The notes under the pieces: model-generated
Told to the model about the DNA's origin: nothing
Databases searched by the model: none
Seen by the model: only the letters and a program-made list of their open reading frames with translations
In this document: piece by piece, positions 57,149-64,000 of the stretch
Layout: every line of letters begins with the position of its first letter
How positions within the stretch are numbered: position 1 is the first letter of the stretch
IMG/VR virus record: IMGVR_UViG_3300028874_000010
Coordinates: 32,001 to 96,000 of that record
Reading direction: 5' to 3' (one strand)
DNA: 64,000 bases
Source: a virus
Translations under genes and position numbers: made by a program

Positions 57149-57589
57149 TCACTTTTGGTGAAGTGTATCCCAAAACTTTTCCATGATTTTCATTGAGGCT
57201 TCATCTGGGTGAACCCACTCTGGTACCGCTGGATGATTTACTTCCCACAATCGATATGTGTTTCTAATCGTTCTTCCAACAGTCGAATGCAATTTAATCA
57301 AATCTTCTTTTTTAATACTAGTCCAAGCCTCTATACCTTTATCATCCATATTATTTTTTAAATCGGCCACAATTTCGTCGACCGTCATAAAGGCTTTCTC
57401 TTCAATAACTTCTTCGTATGGTTCTAAATCTTCATCACTAAGCTTCTTATCAGCCACATCATAAATATCACTGACAAATTGTGAAATTTCAATATAGTCA
57501 CCACTCCAGCCATATCTCTTAGCTACTTCAAGAAGTGTTGTTAAGAATTCCGGAGTTGCTAAAGTTTTAATTATTGCTGTATTATTCAT
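57149..57589 (-). CDS. Hypothetical protein
   Basis: LH...GR.IRN.Y.LW ... HPD..S motif; ATGA coupling. Confidence 0.6.
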   Translation of the reverse strand: MNNTAIIKTLATPEFLTTLLEVAKRYGWSGDYIEISQFVSDIYDVADKKLSDEDLEPYEEVIEEKAFMTVDEIVADLKNNMDDKGIEAWTSIKKEDLIKLHSTVGRTIRNTYRLWEVNHPAVPEWVHPDEASMKIMEKFWDTLHQK

Positions 57590-58266
57590 CCTTCCCTCAA
57601 TGTGTTTTTGTCAGTTTTAAAAAACCAATGGCCATCTTCAGTCTTAACATGATTTGCTCTAACACATTTCGCCGCATTCTTTTTCATATCATTGTAATGA
57701 AAAGATTGAGCATTAGAGATAACATACCCTTCATCTTTTTCTGGATCTAATCCAAACCCAAGATGCTTGACTGGAACTATACTCAAAGCAAGATGCATCA
57801 AGTTCAAATCTTTGAATGATCCTCTTTTTAAAACAGGGACCATACTCAAATCAAGACATTCACAAAATTCTTGCATATCATCTAGTGACAATCTAGTATT
57901 TGTTTCATCCCAGATGGCAAACACATAAAAGAAAGACTCTAGATCATGATAAGGAATTGAGTGAAGAGCTAACATATTCTCGCCGCAGATTCTCCAACCA
58001 TCGGGAATATCTCTATAAAGTAATGCAGCTAGTTGTTTGATATGATGGCGTGACCAATGATCTTTTGAATCTAATGATCTTGCGTGGGAATATCCTCTGC
58101 CAATAGTGGTATTCTCACCATCCATTTTTAAGGATGCATAACAGTCTTCCATCGGAATGAAATATTCTATCAATTCTTGATTAGTCAGAATTTTGTCATC
58201 TGATGTAGAAGATTGAGTCCATGGCAAATGGAAAGTCGTTGGGAATTTATATTCTGGTGTATTCAT
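57586..58266 (-). CDS. RNA ligase (Rnl2-like nucleotidyltransferase domain)
   Basis: P.T.HLPW, KMDGEN, HARS, CGEN..A.HSI.Y, EGYV and K.VR..HV motifs. Confidence 0.85.
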   Translation of the reverse strand: MNTPEYKFPTTFHLPWTQSSTSDDKILTNQELIEYFIPMEDCYASLKMDGENTTIGRGYSHARSLDSKDHWSRHHIKQLAALLYRDIPDGWRICGENMLALHSIPYHDLESFFYVFAIWDETNTRLSLDDMQEFCECLDLSMVPVLKRGSFKDLNLMHLALSIVPVKHLGFGLDPEKDEGYVISNAQSFHYNDMKKNAAKCVRANHVKTEDGHWFFKTDKNTLREG

Positions 58267-58751
58267 GCTTGTATGTTGATCATCTCAATAAAATCATTGC
58301 GGTCATATTTTCTAATTTCGCAATTAAGTGCATTACCTTTTTTATAATCTAAATTACCCATAAACATCCCGTGTGTAAAACATACCAAATTAAATGGGTA
58401 CGTGTACAACACTGATCTCATTCGTTCCAGAGCCGATAAAACTGGTTCAATTGGACCTGTCAAATCATGAACAATTTCATTGATCCGTCTATCTTCAATA
58501 ACCTGATGGGCCATTTCAGCCATAACAATCTGAGCTGTTAATTTTGCTCGTTGATATACCGATGAAAGTATTGTTGTATGAGTATTATGAAAATCCTCTG
58601 ACATCATTTCCCTAAGAGGTTCAATGATGTCTATACATTGATCAACGCCTTTTTTAGAAAGAATATTTGCTGCATCCGGCAAACCGTAATACGCTGGATC
58701 TGTATTTCCTAAACTTTCACCGTGTCTAATTAATATAATGCTATTTTTCAT
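58263..58751 (-). CDS. Histidine phosphatase (phosphoglycerate mutase-like)
   Basis: RHGES, S.Y.RA..TA, R.NE and THG motifs. Confidence 0.85.
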   Translation of the reverse strand: MKNSIILIRHGESLGNTDPAYYGLPDAANILSKKGVDQCIDIIEPLREMMSEDFHNTHTTILSSVYQRAKLTAQIVMAEMAHQVIEDRRINEIVHDLTGPIEPVLSALERMRSVLYTYPFNLVCFTHGMFMGNLDYKKGNALNCEIRKYDRNDFIEMINIQA

Positions 58752-58761
58752 TTTTCTTATT

Positions 58762-59166
58762 TTATTTTTGTGTTGATGCTAGCGCAGCTAACCCTTTTTC
58801 TGTGATATTCCACATCCCATCGATTGCTATAATCAATCCGCGTTTTTCCAAGAAAAATTCACATCCAGTGTAAGTCATAACTCCACTAGGCATAGTTCCG
58901 GTCTCGGAGAATATTGCAACTGCTCCCAATGCGGCAATTTCATCTTTCCTGTGGGTACCTTGTTCTTTAACAATACCAAACTCATCTAAAGGCGTTTGGC
59001 GTCTGTATGCAAGGCTCATAAAGAAATGTCCAGATCTGTTACTATTGATCTGGCACATCTCATAACCCTGTTGTTCCATTTCATACTGGAATTCTCTAGC
59101 TGCCAAATCACTATAGAAAGATCCAACTTCATATTCAAATGGAGATAGCAAAATTTCAGTAGTCAT
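58762..59166 (-). CDS. Hypothetical protein
   Basis: ORF. Confidence 0.55.
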   Translation of the reverse strand: MTTEILLSPFEYEVGSFYSDLAAREFQYEMEQQGYEMCQINSNRSGHFFMSLAYRRQTPLDEFGIVKEQGTHRKDEIAALGAVAIFSETGTMPSGVMTYTGCEFFLEKRGLIIAIDGMWNITEKGLAALASTQK

Positions 59167-59897
59167 TTATGTTTACTCTTTGGTTTACGAAATGAGAATT
59201 TGTCGAAGCCATGTTGTGGAATTCTGTACTTATCTTCGATTTCTATAGGCATCTGTGTACTTGTCGGCAAGACACCAGAAATAAACATATCAAGTTCTTG
59301 ATATGCCATTTGATGATCAAACATTTTATAAAACTGAAAATCTTTTAAATTCGAACCATTCAAAATAATCTGGTATTCAAAATATCCTTCATGACTAGAA
59401 GTTGAAACAATCCAACGATTCTCAATACAGAAATCCATCAACTCTGAAGTTCCTTGTTTTTCAAGAAAATCATGAATTTTTAAACTCTTAAGACATTCAA
59501 CAATCTTTAAAGTCTTTGGCTTCCAATATCGATCGCTAAGAACTTCTTCATGCCCATATGACACCAAAAAATCTACAAGCTCATCAAAATTATAGAATGT
59601 TTTAAATTCATGTCTAACGCCATAAAACTGAGAAGAATCCTGGACTGTTATTTTAGCTCTAATCCCATGATACAAATTGCCACAAAAAAGAATATTGACA
59701 CCATCAATTTTGATTTCAATATCATTTTTCTTAAATGTTTTTGTACACTTATTACCTGTTGTAAGTATATTAGCAACGAAACCTGGTAATTGGGCTGCAT
59801 ACAATTGTTCACCAAGGCGCATGAAAGTCACAGACATGTCTTGTCCGTGTTGCATCATGCAATCATAATAATCTCGAACTTTCGCGATGATATGCAC
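59163..59897 (-). CDS. Hypothetical phage protein
   Basis: RDYYD N-terminus and HGFDK.SFRK C-terminus. Confidence 0.65.
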   Translation of the reverse strand: MHIIAKVRDYYDCMMQHGQDMSVTFMRLGEQLYAAQLPGFVANILTTGNKCTKTFKKNDIEIKIDGVNILFCGNLYHGIRAKITVQDSSQFYGVRHEFKTFYNFDELVDFLVSYGHEEVLSDRYWKPKTLKIVECLKSLKIHDFLEKQGTSELMDFCIENRWIVSTSSHEGYFEYQIILNGSNLKDFQFYKMFDHQMAYQELDMFISGVLPTSTQMPIEIEDKYRIPQHGFDKFSFRKPKSKHK

Positions 59898-59900
59898 AAT

Positions 59901-61256
59901 TCACCTCTTAAATTTATACTCATGTCCATTATACCCAACTTTTAGGAATGCAGGCCTGGCAATATTTGATATGCTATATAATGTTCTAACCATCTCGTAA
60001 TCTTGGGCACGACTCCATGAATAGCGTGAAGAATCTGATCCGTATTTTGGATTTTTCTCTAATCTGATCCGCTCACCACACTTGAGTCTAGTAACGGCAG
60101 TTTCATCTTGAATAATCTTTACAATCGAAAGTGGTGGAACAGGACCTTTTCCATCAAGCCATTCTGGATATGGAAAAGAGTCAGGCCAATCTTTAGCATT
60201 ATACCCGTACTTATTAAATTGCGCACGATTTCCATACCAATGATTTGTATTGGTATTAGCATCAGGAAAAGCTTTTAACTTTGATAATGACCCATCAGTG
60301 TGAATCAATACAATCGGCCCAAAGTAATATTCTAAATCACCACCATGACTATAATCAGTATTTTTCTTTTTAGTTAATAGATCATCTCGAAGTTCATCAA
60401 AAGTAAAACTATCAATAATAAATTCCATTTTGACTTCTGTAGGTTCTTTACAAGTGAAGAACAAAAGATCATTAGGATTATCTGAATTGCCAGCCACAGT
60501 AATACTACAATTTTTTCTAGCTTTACTATTTAAGAATTCTTCTGCTTCTTCAGAAGTATAAATCTTTTTGCCATCTGATGCATTGATAATCTTAGGCCCA
60601 GCAACAAAATACAATTGGCCAGAATCGGTGAAAATGATATATGAAGAATCAAACTTGATTTCCGCATATGTTTCAGGTTCTAAACTGGTATATGCATAAT
60701 AAAATTTACCGAAGAAAGTTCCTTTTATACCATTCTTAAGATCAACATGATCACCAAGTTTCAAATCTTTAAGAGATAAAGACTTCGCATAATGCCGTTC
60801 TGTTGTCTTTTGAGATGCTGTATAAATTTCCGAATTGACCGGAAGTAAAACAATTTTAGATCCATTTCCTTTATCCCAACCAAAGACACATTCGCCTTGA
60901 ATTTCGCCTTTTAGAATATCAGTATACTGAAATAATTTTGCTACATTACCAGACGAGATTTCGATTTCAAACCCACGAGGATCAACAACACGCCACCAAG
61001 TCGTTGTATCATTCCACCCACCGCCATGTGTAACGTTCTTAGACATCCGGTATCCAGAACGAGACTCATTGTCAAAAATATCGGACGGCTTCTTGGTCTT
61101 ATGATTTGACCATCCATCTATTGTAGATTGGCGTTTGCGAAAAGCCGCATTGTCTTCCTTGTATGTTGCAAAACCAAGATACTTGGCTTCCGTATTAGGA
61201 AGAATTGAGTAGCCGACATAAAGCTCGGCTGGTACAACAATATTTTCTTTGCCCAT
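59901..61256 (-). CDS. Hypothetical phage protein
   Basis: DPRGFEIEIS..N motif; long ORF. Confidence 0.7.
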   Translation of the reverse strand: MGKENIVVPAELYVGYSILPNTEAKYLGFATYKEDNAAFRKRQSTIDGWSNHKTKKPSDIFDNESRSGYRMSKNVTHGGGWNDTTTWWRVVDPRGFEIEISSGNVAKLFQYTDILKGEIQGECVFGWDKGNGSKIVLLPVNSEIYTASQKTTERHYAKSLSLKDLKLGDHVDLKNGIKGTFFGKFYYAYTSLEPETYAEIKFDSSYIIFTDSGQLYFVAGPKIINASDGKKIYTSEEAEEFLNSKARKNCSITVAGNSDNPNDLLFFTCKEPTEVKMEFIIDSFTFDELRDDLLTKKKNTDYSHGGDLEYYFGPIVLIHTDGSLSKLKAFPDANTNTNHWYGNRAQFNKYGYNAKDWPDSFPYPEWLDGKGPVPPLSIVKIIQDETAVTRLKCGERIRLEKNPKYGSDSSRYSWSRAQDYEMVRTLYSISNIARPAFLKVGYNGHEYKFKR

Positions 61257-61266
61257 TTTATAATGA

Positions 61267-61647
61267 TCAATATGTCTCTAACAATTTTTTAATCCGAATA
61301 GCTTCTTTAGCTTCTTTAATTCGGATGCCTTCGTCTTTTACTTCTAGACGTTTTTTCTCTTCTGCTATTTTTTCTTGGAGTAATACTTCAAAATCGTCAG
61401 CCCATTTACCTAAATGGAGCCAACCGTATTCTTCAGACCACCCTGGTTGACCACTGATAACGCCATATACTTCGATAGCATCAGTGTTCAGCGGAGGATT
61501 GTTTGGGCCATTAAAGATCGCATCCTCACCTTTAGGCAAGATGAAAATCCTGAACGTCTTGCCTCGAGCATGAAACCCGGAAACAATACATAGTCTTCCA
61601 TATTGTCCAGTCTTAAAAAGACCAGCATATTCACATGCACCTTTCAT
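61267..61647 (-). CDS. Hypothetical protein
   Basis: EVYG...GQ.GW.E.YGW.H.G.W motif. Confidence 0.65.
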   Translation of the reverse strand: MKGACEYAGLFKTGQYGRLCIVSGFHARGKTFRIFILPKGEDAIFNGPNNPPLNTDAIEVYGVISGQPGWSEEYGWLHLGKWADDFEVLLQEKIAEEKKRLEVKDEGIRIKEAKEAIRIKKLLETY

Positions 61648-61648
61648 A

Positions 61649-62206
61649 TTATCCTTTTATTAAATTCAAAAGTTGTCGACCACGTTTATCAATATGCTTA
61701 AATTTGATCTTAAAGGATGTCGATTCTATCCCGCCAAACATAGCAGCGTTGGAATGAATCTCACACAATCCAGTGATCATCAACGAGATAGCTTCAGGAC
61801 GTCGCGAGAACTCTTCCAGGGCCTCTGCCTTGAGAAGATGAATATCCATATCCATTCTAATCAGGCGCCCTATAGCGGCGTTCCTGGGGTTCTGGACGGT
61901 ATGTAAAGTCCATTGATCGTATGAGGCTTCTGCATGATTTGGAAAGCGTTGTTTTCCATCAGCATCTATCGTAACACAAATCGGTTTCCCTGAATCGTGA
62001 AAGGTGTGGTAGTCACGCATAATATCCAATTCAAATAAATTAGCTTTGATGAATTCTTTGTTAGCGATTAACCAATCTGGTAATCTCCATTCATACGATA
62101 ATGGTTGATCATCAAAAAGATAGTTATGAAGATCAAGATAATAATTATGAACTGATTGACCATGTTCCAAGATCGATTGACCTTTAGATTGGAAACATGT
62201 CTTCAT
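61649..62206 (-). CDS. HD-domain protein
   Basis: EHG..V, HD.GKP, F..HA..S and MFGG..STSFKIK motifs. Confidence 0.75.
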   Translation of the reverse strand: MKTCFQSKGQSILEHGQSVHNYYLDLHNYLFDDQPLSYEWRLPDWLIANKEFIKANLFELDIMRDYHTFHDSGKPICVTIDADGKQRFPNHAEASYDQWTLHTVQNPRNAAIGRLIRMDMDIHLLKAEALEEFSRRPEAISLMITGLCEIHSNAAMFGGIESTSFKIKFKHIDKRGRQLLNLIKG

Positions 62207-62233
62207 TGGTTCTTCAAGCAGGGCGTAATTAAC

Positions 62234-62632
62234 TCATGACATGATACTCTCCAATTCGATTTTAAGTTTAGCAATAGCCTCTTCTTTATATGTCACGTTC
62301 TTCTTTGCATCTTCAAGTTCAAATTCATACTTCGTAATTTGTTTCTCCACACCCCATATTTTTACAGCTTTGATAGGGTCTTCAGATCTGATAAGCTTCA
62401 TTGGGATTCTGTATGAACTAGAATTAGAACAGCCTCTGGCTGACCAACTAGTTTCAATGTGTAATATGTCATGATCTATTTCTAGAGATTCTATCTGGTC
62501 ATTCATGAGACCACCATAGCCTGCAGCTTCCACAAGTTCAGAAAGTTTGCGTTGGCACTCGTTGATATCGGGGTTTTTGTATTTGCTGATATCAAATGAT
62601 GCTTGTTCTATAAGTTCGATGATGGTAGTCAT
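62234..62632 (-). CDS. Hypothetical protein with C-terminal coiled coil
   Basis: GAGGTG RBS. Confidence 0.6.
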   Translation of the reverse strand: MTTIIELIEQASFDISKYKNPDINECQRKLSELVEAAGYGGLMNDQIESLEIDHDILHIETSWSARGCSNSSSYRIPMKLIRSEDPIKAVKIWGVEKQITKYEFELEDAKKNVTYKEEAIAKLKIELESIMS

Positions 62633-62641
62633 TTATTCACC

Positions 62642-62938
62642 TCAGTAGGATAAAAGTTTATTGGTGTATTTCTTGGTAAGCTTAATTAAAACATCGCCAT
62701 GGCAACGGGATGGTGAGCACCAACACCCAAGAGTTTTGCCTAGCAATTCCGGCAAACTACTTAAAAGTTCTGGCATCATTTCAATATATTCTTCATACAT
62801 CGAAATGACTTCTTCTCTGGTACCATCTATTCCAATAACGAATGGATTAGCCTACTTAGAGGCAGGAAGATTGTGATGGTCATTCTTCCTACCTATGTAG
62901 ACATCATATGGATGTTTAAGGCAATGAACTACTTTCAT
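62642..62938 (-). pseudogene. DUF4326-family gene interrupted by an in-frame TAG
   Basis: MKVVHCLK.PYDVYIGR...SK*ANPF...L.GKTLGCWCSP..CHGDVL; TAG at 62852-62854 replaces the usual Trp of SKW(G/A)NPF. Confidence 0.8.
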
Positions 62939-63260
62939 AGGTTGGTTTATAAAGGTTATACTTAGTCATGATTCTTCGTGTCTTCATATCTTTGATAGGC
63001 ATTGTCGCAATTGCAGAATGTCCCATATCAAAATCCGGTTCTTTGAACATTGTATACTTGATGTCATACCGTTCAAGCCGTTGTGCAATCTCATGGAGTT
63101 CAGCTTTGTTTTTAGCTGGCAACATAATGATGCTAGAGATCGGATCATCAGAACCATGAAGAGTTTTTCCGGCTTCTAGCGCGGCATGAGAAAGCTGAAC
63201 CATTTGCTGAGCGAGAGAAAGATCGGTTCGGATGAACACATAAGTGTATGGGTGATCCAT
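62916..63260 (-). CDS. Peptidyl-tRNA hydrolase type 2 (Pth2)-like protein
   Basis: YVFIRTDLS..Q..VQ.SHAA and F.EPD...G.SAIA..P motifs; GGAGG RBS. Confidence 0.7.
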   Translation of the reverse strand: MDHPYTYVFIRTDLSLAQQMVQLSHAALEAGKTLHGSDDPISSIIMLPAKNKAELHEIAQRLERYDIKYTMFKEPDFDMGHSAIATMPIKDMKTRRIMTKYNLYKPTYESSSLP

Positions 63261-63262
63261 GA

Positions 63263-63613
63263 TTATGCACCTCCAAGCTTGGTCAGATCATGATGGAGAC
63301 TATCAAGGATCAATAGGAATCGGGTCCATTGCTCTGGTGTCAATTCAAGCCCATATGTCCAAGTATTGGATTTCTGTTTAGTCCAATAGATCAGACCTCG
63401 GAGTGCAGCATCATACGCGTTAAACGGAGGAGTTTTGTGCTTGCAAGGAGAGAATGCTTTGGTAGCTTTAGCCTTAATATCAGGCACAGCCGAAGCAAAG
63501 ATTGCGTGAGTGAGATAATCAGCAGAGTCAAATGTATGTTTGTCTGCGTGCGATTTTTTCCAGGCAGCGATGAAAGATTCGTGCTGGGTCTTGCTAAGAA
63601 TAAAGTCGAACAT
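63263..63613 (-). CDS. Hypothetical protein, first gene of the Pth2-like operon
   Basis: AAAGGA RBS before MFDFIL. Confidence 0.65.
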   Translation of the reverse strand: MFDFILSKTQHESFIAAWKKSHADKHTFDSADYLTHAIFASAVPDIKAKATKAFSPCKHKTPPFNAYDAALRGLIYWTKQKSNTWTYGLELTPEQWTRFLLILDSLHHDLTKLGGA

Positions 63614-63619
63614 GATATT

Positions 63620-63770
63620 TCCTTTGAATGTATTTTGTGGGTACTGTGAATAATTGCTATTCTGGATGTAGCCACACATTCAAGGAGATTGGGATTTAAC
63701 TCATAACATGATAGTATTTCCTTTTAAAATAATTACTGGTGAAATGGCACCAGTACCAAAAGTATTTATA
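63620..63770 (-). promoter_or_regulatory. Late promoter plus ATG-TTA-TGA minigene leader with anti-Shine-Dalgarno helix
   Basis: TATAAATA 63763-63770; AAGGAAA RBS; ATG TTA TGA (63701-63709) GTT AAA TCC CAA TCT CCT TGA; TCCTTGAATGT is complementary to ACATTCAAAGGA covering the downstream RBS. Confidence 0.65.
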
Positions 63771-64000
63771 AGCGTTTTAGATCATTAATACAAATCCCAA
63801 ACGCTGTACCTATGAACCAATTGTATAACACTTCATCATCGCCATACAACTTTTTTTTCTTGAAATTTATCACAAGTTCTTCTTTCAAGTTTGGATCCGA
63901 TTTAAGATTCATAACTATTGGTTTATCCCAAGACAACATTTGGATTGTCTTGGACCATAGCGAATCAATCAAATCTTGATAAGTACCAACACACATTATT
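63766..64000 (-). CDS. Hypothetical protein, 5' end probably outside the window
   Basis: Frame open to the window edge. Confidence 0.5.
   Translation of the reverse strand, partial: IMCVGTYQDLIDSLWSKTIQMLSWDKPIVMNLKSDPNLKEELVINFKKKKLYGDDEVLYNWFIGTAFGICINDLKRL

Noticed and set aside
1-64000. Genome-wide stop-codon reassignment (amber or opal recoding)
   Set aside because: Long conserved genes are uninterrupted in code 11, TGA ends many genes, no CTA/TCA-anticodon suppressor tRNA was found, and only one clear in-frame TAG was seen.
1-64000. Plus-strand ORFs in the track other than the HNH gene
   Set aside because: They are antisense shadows of recognisable minus-strand genes or tRNAs and lack motifs and RBS.

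Overview
AT-rich (visibly well below 50% GC), gene-dense segment of a large lytic phage genome, almost entirely on the minus strand. T4-type features include recurrent (T/G/C)ATAAATA late-promoter boxes, TTTAC..TGnTATAAT early promoters and MKxxE(F/L)xE capsid-targeting-like N-termini. The Pro/Tyr-rich lipoproteins and proteobacterial-type cca, prkA and nadK genes suggest a proteobacterial host (inference). No core replication or virion genes are visible; this is an accessory and host-takeover region. It encodes sugar-nucleotide enzymes possibly linked to DNA modification, an NAD salvage block (NadV, NadM-Nudix, NAD kinase, thioredoxin; a sirtuin 5 kb away), a PrkA-YeaH-SpoVR operon, bactofilin, CCA-adding enzyme, RNA ligase and phosphoesterases, a photolyase-like gene and 13 intact tRNAs plus tRNA-like elements. 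Main finding: the tRNA array (48415-51368) sits directly behind an unannotated 32-codon leader peptide (51455-51553, MFSSSLSLLSYSYESLSYEW...). Its codons 3-20 are exclusively Ser/Leu/Tyr/Glu/Trp, exactly the amino acids served by the downstream tRNAs, and it is followed by mutually exclusive antiterminator and terminator helices. This looks like a ribosome-coupled attenuator that switches on phage tRNAs when host tRNAs are depleted. A second apparent translation sensor (AUG-UUA-UGA minigene plus anti-SD helix) precedes a Pth2-like operon, and a ~200-nt structured RNA with an embedded tRNA-like domain lies in the array. All calls are from motif reading only; no database searches were run.
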